Below are positions 38,823-47,756 of a DNA stretch of 64,000 nucleotides, in pieces; within the stretch, counting starts at the first letter, position 1; every line of letters starts with the position of its first letter. Origin of the DNA: Pseudomonadota bacterium (lineage in GTDB: Bacteria > Bdellovibrionota_C > UBA2361 > OMII01); assembly GCA_038134595.1 (NCBI GenBank), contig JAYPVM010000001.1, forward strand, positions 291,359 to 355,358, in the 5' to 3' direction. The notes below the pieces were generated by a model, which worked only from the letters and a program-made list of their open reading frames with translations, was not told the origin of the DNA and made no database searches. The position numbers and the translations under genes are program-made.

Positions 38823-38954
38823 ACAGTCTTTGCCGCATAGATCCGCTATGCGACTCGGTATTTTGTATGATAGGGTGGTAACGATCTTTAAGATACCGTA
38901 TAAAAATACGCTGGCTCTTGGAGCCTGTAATGTTTGCACTAGATTGGATTGTTT

Positions 38955-40481
38955 ATGTCTTCGAATCAAAAGGTTGGTAAGGGAAATAGTGGCGAAGAGG
39001 TCGAGGATCAAGTCGATAGGGTCGCTGAGCGGGCGAATCGCCTCGCAAAATTAGAGAATTTTAAGGCGGCCGGCATTCATCCATATCCGGCACGTTTTCA
39101 AAAGACGATGCAAGTCGAGGATGTTTTGACCAAGTCAGAGGGCGAAGAGGTTAACACTGCGGGGCGAATAATGCTCTTTCGTCAAATGGGCAGTATTACA
39201 TTTGCGCATATCCAAGATTTTTCAGGACGGATGCAAGTTGTTTTTAAGAAAGATCTACTCGGGCCCGAGACGTATAAATTAATCACAAAAAATCACGATC
39301 TCGGTGATTATATAGGCGTACATGGCACCATATTTACGACCAAGACTGGCGAAAAATCGATACTTGTTTCGGAGTGGAAATTTTTAGGTAAGGCGCTGTT
39401 GCCGCCCCCTGGAAAGTTTCACGGGGTAAGGGACAAAGAGGTTCTCCACAGACAGCGCTATTTAGATCTGATGGGAAATGCTGACACGAGAAAGCGATTT
39501 GAGTTTCGTTCTAACTTTATTCGACATCTTCGGGAGTTTTATTGGCAGGAGGGTTTTCACGAGGTAGAAACTGCAACGCTCATGCACAAGGCGACCGGAG
39601 CTGCGGCGCGGCCGTATCATACCCATAACAATGCACTTGATATCGATGTGGTTTTGAGGATTTCGCACGAGTTGCCTTTAAAGGAGCTTATCGTAGGAGG
39701 ATTTGAGCGCGTTTTTGAGATTGGCAAAGCATTTCGCAATGAGGGACACGATCCGACTCATCTTCCAGAGCACACACATCTTGAACATTATACCGCTTAT
39801 TGGAATTTTGAGGATAATATCTCATTTACTGAGCGGATGTTTACGCACCTCTTTGCAAGTCTTGGATTATCTTCGACGTTACCTTTGAAGGATCGAGATG
39901 GGGTAGAGCAAAGTGTTGATTGGAGCGCTCCGTGGCCCCGAGTCAACTACGTTGAGTTAATCGGCAGGGATTCAGGGCTTGATGTCATGTCGTATACTTG
40001 TGCTGACGAGTTGCGTAGAGACATTAAATCGAAAGGAATTGAGTTCGAAGGCATGGATGACATGGGACTCACTTCATTGGTTGATAATCTATACAAAAAG
40101 GTCAGCCGACCTAAGATCGTACAGCCGACAATACTATACAGCTACCCAAAGGTCCTGCAGCCGCTTGCTCGAATAAGCGACGAAGATCCACGCATGGTGG
40201 AGCAGTTTCAATTGGTGGTAAATGGGTGGGAAGTAGTGAAGGCTTACTCTGAGCTTGTGGACCCGGTCGATCAGCGGGAGCGATTTGTTGATCAGGCTGC
40301 GCAACGTGATGCAGGTGATGAGGAGGCAATGGAAGTCGACGAGGGATACCTTATCGCGATGGAGCACGGCATGCCTCCAATTAGTGGTTGGGGCATGGGT
40401 GTCGATAGGGTCATAGCGCTTCTAACTGGCCAAGACAATCTTCGAGATGTTATTTTGTTTCCGCTGATGCGCCCCGACTAG
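38955..40481 (+). CDS. lysS: lysine--tRNA ligase (class II)
   Basis: OB-fold anticodon domain (AGRIM...GSITF), RQRYLDL, FRNEG motif 2, GMPP-x-SG-x-GMGVDR motif 3, VILFPLMRP. Confidence 0.96.
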   Translation: MSSNQKVGKGNSGEEVEDQVDRVAERANRLAKLENFKAAGIHPYPARFQKTMQVEDVLTKSEGEEVNTAGRIMLFRQMGSITFAHIQDFSGRMQVVFKKDLLGPETYKLITKNHDLGDYIGVHGTIFTTKTGEKSILVSEWKFLGKALLPPPGKFHGVRDKEVLHRQRYLDLMGNADTRKRFEFRSNFIRHLREFYWQEGFHEVETATLMHKATGAAARPYHTHNNALDIDVVLRISHELPLKELIVGGFERVFEIGKAFRNEGHDPTHLPEHTHLEHYTAYWNFEDNISFTERMFTHLFASLGLSSTLPLKDRDGVEQSVDWSAPWPRVNYVELIGRDSGLDVMSYTCADELRRDIKSKGIEFEGMDDMGLTSLVDNLYKKVSRPKIVQPTILYSYPKVLQPLARISDEDPRMVEQFQLVVNGWEVVKAYSELVDPVDQRERFVDQAAQRDAGDEEAMEVDEGYLIAMEHGMPPISGWGMGVDRVIALLTGQDNLRDVILFPLMRPD

Positions 40482-40534
40482 TGGTGATACTGCAGGACTG
40501 AGCGCTGGAATTCCTATGCGGGTGAGGAGGTAGA

Positions 40535-42781
40535 GTGTTAGGCCATACATTGCAAGGACTGCCTGAAACGGTGGTATTTTTGATGCTCCCTCAAGGGGTC
40601 TACGATCCACGACGAGCATGGGGCGATTTTGATACGCTCAGGTTGCGGGCAGTGGATGACCTTTTTTTTGAGAATGGATGCCTTGCTCCGGTGTTCTATG
40701 GATTTTCTGAAGAGCCTCCCCACGATGGCACAGCAATTGCGGTAGCGTTGCCCCTACAGGTAGCCTTAGAACGAGTGTTCTTTCATGTTGGACAGAATTG
40801 TACTCTCGTATTGGACGCATCCGAGATGACGAGAGATGGAGCGTCTCGCGTACAAAGAGATGTTACGTTCAATCTACCTGGAGAGTTTCCTTCTCTGAGA
40901 GAGATATCCGCGGACCGGATTCCCGATATTCTAGGCGCACTCTCTTTTAGGGGAGGCAGGCTAGATGAAAGCATCTCTCTTGCTGATAGTGCATTACGAA
41001 AGGGATCGTTTTTTGAAGCGTATTCGATAGCAAAGGAGGCACGCATCCAAGGCGTTGAAACCAATACGGCTTGGTTTTACGAGCTGTACTCGTATAGTTT
41101 TTTTGGAGATCCTGAGAGAGCACTCTCTCTCTATGAGCAGTATCCTGAGAGGGGTAGTAGTGATGCGCTATCACAACTTTTGGCTGCACGATATCGATTG
41201 TTGCTGAGGCAGTTTAATGAGTGTCGGACAATTCTTCACACCGTATCCTTTAAGCAGCCATACGGCTCTTTGGCTCTCACTGAGCTTGCTCGTTCTTATG
41301 TTATTGAAGGTGAGTATGAACGGGCTCTTGAGCATGCAGAACGAGCGATTGAAAGAGATCGCACTCTTGCTGAGGCTTATCTGGTTCGTGGTCTTGCCGA
41401 GCGTGGTCTGTGTTATGAAACGGCAGAATCTGAGGGCCTTTCGAGGGCAAATCGCGATTTTGAACGAGTTGCTCAGCAGGGTAGCTACAGTGCTGCAGAG
41501 GCGCTTTATCATGCAGGCACTGTATGTGCGCGTTTAGGCCTTTTAGATGAGGCGGAACGGGCGTTTAGACACTCCCTGTTTCAGCGCAATAAAATATCTC
41601 CACGTGATGCTTTGATTCGAGTTCTAGTCGCTCGTGAAAAGATCGCTGAAGCGAAGGTAGAGTTGGAGATTCTCAGTCAGCTTGACTCGGCGCATGGTAA
41701 GATGCTGCGGACAGATGTTGATCTTTGTGTAGAGGAATCAAACAAAAACGAAGGCCGGGAAGTCTTTGGTCAACGAGGTGTTGGACGAGAAGATAGCGAA
41801 CAAGCGTCTAATGAGCTTAGGCGGTGGAATATTCCTGTTACCGGGGAGTTGCCGGATTTTATCTTGCTTGATGAATTGGTGAATTGTTTTGCGCCTGATG
41901 GAGATTTCAATCCATCAGGAGAGTTCTCAGAGTTGGTGTCAGTTGGGCATAAACGATTGGCTCAAACAGTTGCGCTGCATCTAGGAGGAATTCTCGTTGC
42001 TAAGGAACGGGGTGCCTGGACGTTAGATTCAGAGGGTAGGCTATGCCTTAAAACGGCGCAGGATGATGTAACGCTCCCTTTAGAATCCTTTGTTTTTGAG
42101 CGGATTCTTCTGGGCGCAAGTGGAGATAATTTTACGTCTTTTGAGTCTCTCATTGTAGATAGTGGGGGCGATCCCGTTTGTGCACCAGCGCTCACGACGG
42201 GGTGGTGGAAAGTGGCTTCTTCGACTGCCGTTGCCGAGTACGAGACAGAGATTGCATGGGTAATGGAACTATTTCGATCGATGGGTGTAGAGCTTCGCGG
42301 AGATCTGTCTGATTTTGAGCGACTAGATGATTGGATAGAGGCTCATATTGAGCCAGGTGGGGCGATTGCCTCGGATGCGTTAGAGGGTGATGGTGCATTT
42401 GATATGCCTCGATTTGTTAGTGCGGTCGGGTTTTTTATAGGGGGTGTTATCTCCTCAATGACCACTGCCACATGGTTTGAGCATGAAAAAAGCGAGGGGG
42501 TTTCTTTATTTCACAGGGATCTGGGAAGGGTATTTCCGGTCGCTCGCGCACAGCGGCGAGTTTTTCTGGCATCTGCCGCAGATTTCTCCTTGCGATTTTC
42601 TTCTCTAGCCTGGTCAGTGGGAGTGGCGTCGCTTACAGATGATCTTCGAGCTGGAGCGCTAAAGGATAAAGACGATGTTCGTACCGCACTGCTTGAACGT
42701 GTCCCTGGAGCTGGGGGATTTCCGGCGCAGGAGTTGGCTGGGGTGGTTGAGTCGGTTCTGATAGGAGCGACTTTGTCTTAG
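40535..42781 (+). CDS. TPR-repeat protein with duplicated C-terminal module
   Basis: TPR consensus (LARSY...GEYERALEHAERAIE, AEAYLVRG, AEALYHAG...GLLDEAERAF); start may be ATG 40582. Confidence 0.75.
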   Translation: MLGHTLQGLPETVVFLMLPQGVYDPRRAWGDFDTLRLRAVDDLFFENGCLAPVFYGFSEEPPHDGTAIAVALPLQVALERVFFHVGQNCTLVLDASEMTRDGASRVQRDVTFNLPGEFPSLREISADRIPDILGALSFRGGRLDESISLADSALRKGSFFEAYSIAKEARIQGVETNTAWFYELYSYSFFGDPERALSLYEQYPERGSSDALSQLLAARYRLLLRQFNECRTILHTVSFKQPYGSLALTELARSYVIEGEYERALEHAERAIERDRTLAEAYLVRGLAERGLCYETAESEGLSRANRDFERVAQQGSYSAAEALYHAGTVCARLGLLDEAERAFRHSLFQRNKISPRDALIRVLVAREKIAEAKVELEILSQLDSAHGKMLRTDVDLCVEESNKNEGREVFGQRGVGREDSEQASNELRRWNIPVTGELPDFILLDELVNCFAPDGDFNPSGEFSELVSVGHKRLAQTVALHLGGILVAKERGAWTLDSEGRLCLKTAQDDVTLPLESFVFERILLGASGDNFTSFESLIVDSGGDPVCAPALTTGWWKVASSTAVAEYETEIAWVMELFRSMGVELRGDLSDFERLDDWIEAHIEPGGAIASDALEGDGAFDMPRFVSAVGFFIGGVISSMTTATWFEHEKSEGVSLFHRDLGRVFPVARAQRRVFLASAADFSLRFSSLAWSVGVASLTDDLRAGALKDKDDVRTALLERVPGAGGFPAQELAGVVESVLIGATLS

Positions 42782-42942
42782 TAGATAGCTGATAGGTGCG
42801 GTTGAAGGGGGTGTGGTATCGGTTATTGAAAGATACTTAGACGCGTAGTATCAATAAGGGTTGTAAGCTTAACACTGAGTTAAATACAGCGAGTCGGTCA
42901 AGAGACAACGAGTTTCTTTCTAAAGGAGAGGTGTAGAGTGCT

Positions 42943-43686
42943 ATGATAGAGGTTAGCGAATTATCAAAGACCTATGGCGATTATTCTGCGGTTTCTAATG
43001 TCTCATTTTCGGCGATCAAGGGAGATGTTGTAGGGTTTCTTGGTCCAAATGGGGCAGGAAAGACTACTACAATTCGGATGCTTGCAACATATCTTCCTCC
43101 GAGTAGTGGGCGAGCGAGCATCGCAGGTTTTGATGTCGTTGAACAGGCTGATGAAGTTCGTAGGCGGATTGGTTACTTGCCGGAAAATCCACCGCTCTAT
43201 CCAGAGATGACGGTGCGTGAATATTTAAAATTTATAGCGGAAATTAAGGGCGTTCCGAGGATGCATATCCATAGCAGAATTGCCGAGGTGCTTGAGCAGT
43301 GCTTTATTACCGAAGTACGTAATAAATTGTGCCAACATCTCTCTCGGGGGTATCGTCAGCGGGTCGGTTTGGCGCAAGCTATTATACACGATCCAGAAGT
43401 GATTATTCTCGATGAGCCTACCAGCGGGCTTGATCCAAAACAGATTATCGATATTCGAAAGTTAATCCGTTCTCTAGGAGAGTCGCATACAGTTTTACTC
43501 AGCACTCATATACTACCAGAGGTGTCAATGGTGTGTAATAAAGTTGTTATCATCAGTAATGGTCGTGTCGTTATTGAAAGTGCACTGGGAGATCTGACGA
43601 AAGAAAAAGACTTAGAGCAGATTTTTATCGAGAGTGTCAGCAAAGAGGACGAGGTCGCTTCGGATGGTTCGTCGCAAGCTGCGTGA
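42943..43686 (+). CDS. ABC-2 type transporter ATP-binding protein (GldA-like)
   Basis: GPNGAGKTT, LSRGYRQRVG, ILDEPT, STH. Confidence 0.95.
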   Translation: MIEVSELSKTYGDYSAVSNVSFSAIKGDVVGFLGPNGAGKTTTIRMLATYLPPSSGRASIAGFDVVEQADEVRRRIGYLPENPPLYPEMTVREYLKFIAEIKGVPRMHIHSRIAEVLEQCFITEVRNKLCQHLSRGYRQRVGLAQAIIHDPEVIILDEPTSGLDPKQIIDIRKLIRSLGESHTVLLSTHILPEVSMVCNKVVIISNGRVVIESALGDLTKEKDLEQIFIESVSKEDEVASDGSSQAA

Positions 43687-43746
43687 TTTTGGATGGGATT
43701 TTTTGCTACAGGATTAGCGGAAGCTAGAGCAAGGAGATTGTGATTT

Positions 43747-44520
43747 ATGCGGACTATTTTTGCGATTTGCAAGCGGGAGTTGTTATCTTTCTTTGTGTCC
43801 CCGATTGCATACTTTGTAATTACTGGATTTACGTTGCTAGTCGGATTCTTCTTTTTTAACTACCTGGCATTTTTTGCTCGTATGTACGAAATGTCACAGA
43901 TGATGGCATTCCGAGGTGGTGGGGAGCTGCCAAACTTAAATCAGATGGTTATTGAAGGGTTGTATCAAACCATCCTGGTGATTCTTGTTTTCCTCGTGCC
44001 GTTGCTTACGATGAGAGTCATAGCAGAGGAGAAGAGGAGGGGGACATTTGAACTCTTGATTACATCACCGGTCTCTATCTCGGAAATTGTTTTGGGGAAG
44101 TTTTTAGGGTTGGCTGCTGTGCTTACGCTTATGTTGTTAGTGAGCGGACTATTTCCCTTGCTTTTAATTGTGTACGGCTCTCCCGAGATCCCACCGATAG
44201 TGTCAGGTTTTTTGGGCGTTTTGTTGTGTGGACTGAGTTTTGCCAGTATCGGAATGGCGGTATCTTCTCTAACGGAAAATCAAATTGTTGCCGGGGTTAG
44301 CAGTATGGTAGTCCTGTTATTGCTCTATGTCATACAGGCGCCAGCCGAAACGATGGGTGGCAATGCAGCGACGGTTCTGCGTTACCTTTCTCCAATAGAA
44401 CAGGTTCAGGATCTTCTACGCGGGGTTATTTCAATAAAGTCTATCACATACTTCTTGAGTGTAACCGTATTGGGATTGTTTTTATCCCAAAGGGCTCTTG
44501 AGGCGCATAGGTGGAGATAG
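43747..44520 (+). CDS. ABC-2 permease (GldF-like)
   Basis: KREL-x-SFF-x-SPIAY, PLLTMR-x-x-AEEKRRGT-x-ELL-x-TSP, GKF, NQIVA. Confidence 0.9.
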   Translation: MRTIFAICKRELLSFFVSPIAYFVITGFTLLVGFFFFNYLAFFARMYEMSQMMAFRGGGELPNLNQMVIEGLYQTILVILVFLVPLLTMRVIAEEKRRGTFELLITSPVSISEIVLGKFLGLAAVLTLMLLVSGLFPLLLIVYGSPEIPPIVSGFLGVLLCGLSFASIGMAVSSLTENQIVAGVSSMVVLLLLYVIQAPAETMGGNAATVLRYLSPIEQVQDLLRGVISIKSITYFLSVTVLGLFLSQRALEAHRWR

Positions 44521-44538
44521 TAGGGGAAGGGAGTTAAT

Positions 44539-46155
44539 ATGGAGACGGCACTTCGTTTTTGTGGATACCTGGGAGCAGTTCTTTTGGCGTTCGGCATAAC
44601 TGGTTCAGTTGTAGTCGGATCGTTCTCTTCACAACCTTTATTGCTCCTACATATCCTGATTGGGTTTTTATGCGTTACGATGTGGTTTGTAACCTCTGGA
44701 GTATCAATGTGGCGCAAGACCAAGACCGCAATGTCAGGGCGAGCGGCTCGTTTTGGAGTGCATGCAGGGCTTTATACCGCTGTCGTGGTTTGTCTATTAA
44801 TAGCGCTCAACGTCTTTATCTCCTTTAATGAGCGTCGCTGGGACCTGACTGAGCAAGGGGTCTATAGTTTATCGCCAAAATCGACAAAGATCGTAGCGAA
44901 ACTAAAGGAACCGGTGCGTTTCGTGGCGATAGATAATCCTCAAGTGCAGGACAAAGAACAGACGAGAGAGCTTCTCGATCTGTATCGCTATGCAAATGAC
45001 AAGCTGGTCTCCTATGAGATTATCGATCCACGTGCAAGGCCAGTAGAGGTTGATGCCTTGGGAATGAAGCAGGGCAATCTCCTCTATATCGAATACGGAA
45101 CCGGGAGAGGTAAGGCGATAGCACGGATTAATGAGATAGACGAGGAGGCGATAACCAACGCGATTATCAAGGTGACTAGGGGAGCTTCAAAGCGAGTCTA
45201 CTACGTAGAAGGTCATGGAGAGCCTTCTTTGGAATCTCGAAACCAAGGTGGTTTGAAAGAGTTTGCAGATGCCTTGGGAGACGAGCACATAACTGTTCAA
45301 AAGTTGTTGTTGGCTGTGGAAGGTGCTGTTCCGAGTGATGCGGCGGCAGTACTTGTTGTGGCACCCAAGAAGGCGATTTCGGGCGCTGAGCTTTCAGCTC
45401 TTGTGTCTTATGTTAAAGATGGTGGGCGGCTTTTGCTGTTTCATAATCCAGAGGATAGGGAGGCAACGGCAGTACGAGACCTCGCCAGTGAATTTGGTAT
45501 GACCGTCGGTGATAATATGATCTTGGACCAGCAGCTCCGTTTGTTCGCAGGACCTCAGATGGCTGTTCAGTTTGTTGCCCAAGACTTTGGTTCCCACGCA
45601 ATTACTGCAGGCATGACGCAGAGTGATCCGTTGATATTTACGTTTGCATCGAGTGTTACAGAATCGCCAGTATCTGATTCGAAGGCTCATTATGAAACTC
45701 TCGTTCGCTCAGGTGCAAATTCGTGGGCGGAGTCAGACGTAGGCGCACTGTTTGACGCCGAAGGCCCGACGGCATCACTTGACAGTAGTGATATTTCCGG
45801 GCCGGTTTCGATAGCGGTGGCTATGGAGCAGAAGATTGATGAAAAAACTGAGGGCGGCAGTAGGGAAGAGTCGTTTGGTAGGGTGAGTAGAGTTGTAGTT
45901 TTTGGTGATGCAACGTGGATTGAAAACGGGAACCTGTCGGCTATGGGCAATCGGGATCTTGCTCTTAATGCAGTTAATTGGAGTATCGGTGAGGAGGGCG
46001 GTGTAGCCATCGGGCCCAAGAAGATTCGAGCTTCGGTAGCACCCATTCCCCAGGCTACGTTTAATATCATCTTGGCGCTGAGCTTCTTGGGCCCCGAACT
46101 GATACTTCTTTTAGGACTCTTTATTTGGTGGAAGAGGCGAGTGAGCCTAGTATAG
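44539..46155 (+). CDS. GldG-like ABC auxiliary component
   Basis: N-terminal TMs, RWDLT-x-x-x-x-YSLS, IIDP, GHGE, GGRLL, VVFGD, N-x-DLALNAVNW, C-terminal TM. Confidence 0.9.
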   Translation: METALRFCGYLGAVLLAFGITGSVVVGSFSSQPLLLLHILIGFLCVTMWFVTSGVSMWRKTKTAMSGRAARFGVHAGLYTAVVVCLLIALNVFISFNERRWDLTEQGVYSLSPKSTKIVAKLKEPVRFVAIDNPQVQDKEQTRELLDLYRYANDKLVSYEIIDPRARPVEVDALGMKQGNLLYIEYGTGRGKAIARINEIDEEAITNAIIKVTRGASKRVYYVEGHGEPSLESRNQGGLKEFADALGDEHITVQKLLLAVEGAVPSDAAAVLVVAPKKAISGAELSALVSYVKDGGRLLLFHNPEDREATAVRDLASEFGMTVGDNMILDQQLRLFAGPQMAVQFVAQDFGSHAITAGMTQSDPLIFTFASSVTESPVSDSKAHYETLVRSGANSWAESDVGALFDAEGPTASLDSSDISGPVSIAVAMEQKIDEKTEGGSREESFGRVSRVVVFGDATWIENGNLSAMGNRDLALNAVNWSIGEEGGVAIGPKKIRASVAPIPQATFNIILALSFLGPELILLLGLFIWWKRRVSLV

Positions 46156-46185
46156 TTTTCTTGAGACGGGGGGAGAAACGCACAC

Positions 46186-47634
46186 ATGACTACGAAGAAA
46201 ACGCTAGTGCTCGCATTAGTGCTTACTTTTGTGACGCTGTATTTAGCGAAGGTGCTAGTGCCCGGCAGACTCGCAAAAGATCTCGAAAAGATTGCGTTAC
46301 GTAGTGTCTCTCGAAGTAATATTGATACTGTTTCGATAAGTCGCTACGACCAAGGAGGCAAGGAAGAGCGTTTTGTGCTTATGCAGTCGTTGGCGCCAAG
46401 GCCCATCAACGCCAAGGATTCTCTAGAAGAGAAGGCGCCTGAATTGGTACAAACGTGGTCACTGCCTTCCATTAGAGGGGCGATTCTAGATAAGAATGCT
46501 TTGGATGCATATCTAACTGCGCTATTAGAAATCGGCGTAGAAGGCCCTCTTGAAACAGAGCAGCTTTACAGAGACATAAGTGTATATGGTCTCGATAAAC
46601 CACAGATGACAGCGATAGTGGATGTTAAGGGGCGGAGAACGGAGTTGGCCTTTGGAAAGAAAAACGAATATTTGGGTAAGCGCTACGTGAAAGTTTCAGG
46701 TCGCGATGGAGTTTTTCTCGTTGAAGAGAGTAGTTTTGAGCAGGTTAATAAGGGAGCTTCTGATCTGCGCTCCAAGACGCCCTTTTCTTTCGCCGTTTCG
46801 GATGTTCGAGAGTTTTTAGCGACCTCGATACAAGGAAGGATTCGAGTGACGCAGCCTGAAGTTGGGGCGTGGCGAATAGAGAGCCCGGAGAGTCTACCTG
46901 CTTCGAGAGAGGATGTTGAGGAAATGCTCAATACAATAGCGCAGCTAAAGGTGAATGAATTTATCGATGGTAGCTTTGAGGAGCGAAATCGATACGGGTT
47001 TGGCTTGCCGAGAGCTAATGTAATTATACTTTTTCGAGATGGAATCGAGCCTCAGGAAGTTAGTTTTTTCTTAGCCAATGCAAGTCAAGGTGATAGTGCC
47101 GCTTCTGAGATGTATATGTACTCGAGTAGTTCGGAAACAATCTTCAAGTTAGCAACGGATCCAAGTGATAAGTTGGTGCAAACGGCAGATGGTTTGCGCG
47201 AAAAGGCGATAGTAGCAATGCCGTATGATCAGATGAAGCGAGTGATTGCTGGTGGCGAGCAAGGTCAAGGAGTAACAATCGCTGTAAAGGAGATTGAATG
47301 GGTGGTTAATGACAAACCGAGCGATCCGGTGTTTGTCGAACAGCTTTTAAAGGACATCAGTGGACTGCGGGCGGTGGACTTTCCTCTGGGTGTATCAGGC
47401 GAGGTTTTTCAAAAGCCCTTTCTGACTCTCGAGTTAGAGCCAAAATCAAGTGATCATCAGAAGGTTTCTATTGTTGTCGGTGATGAGTATACGGATGCCC
47501 GAGGTAATAAGCTTCGATACGTCAAGAATTCAAATAACGACACCATTTTTGGTATTAGAGATGTCGAAGCCAAGCGAATTGTGCCTCACGAGGAAGCCCT
47601 TGTTGAGCGATTAAAGGCGCCTGCGACTCCGTAG
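46186..47634 (+). CDS. DUF4340-domain protein
   Basis: N-terminal anchor and three repeated modules (W...L-x-x-L...YGL-x-x-P...G...YVK); typical partner of GldAFG-like operons. Confidence 0.8.
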   Translation: MTTKKTLVLALVLTFVTLYLAKVLVPGRLAKDLEKIALRSVSRSNIDTVSISRYDQGGKEERFVLMQSLAPRPINAKDSLEEKAPELVQTWSLPSIRGAILDKNALDAYLTALLEIGVEGPLETEQLYRDISVYGLDKPQMTAIVDVKGRRTELAFGKKNEYLGKRYVKVSGRDGVFLVEESSFEQVNKGASDLRSKTPFSFAVSDVREFLATSIQGRIRVTQPEVGAWRIESPESLPASREDVEEMLNTIAQLKVNEFIDGSFEERNRYGFGLPRANVIILFRDGIEPQEVSFFLANASQGDSAASEMYMYSSSSETIFKLATDPSDKLVQTADGLREKAIVAMPYDQMKRVIAGGEQGQGVTIAVKEIEWVVNDKPSDPVFVEQLLKDISGLRAVDFPLGVSGEVFQKPFLTLELEPKSSDHQKVSIVVGDEYTDARGNKLRYVKNSNNDTIFGIRDVEAKRIVPHEEALVERLKAPATP

Positions 47635-47756
47635 GGAATTATAGAGATAAAATGAATAAAACCGGTACCGGTGGTTACTGGTTAAATTGCCTGGATCGTG
47701 GTACCGTCTTCTGGCCTACGGATTGACTGAATAGTTCATAATATCAAGTTTCTAGT

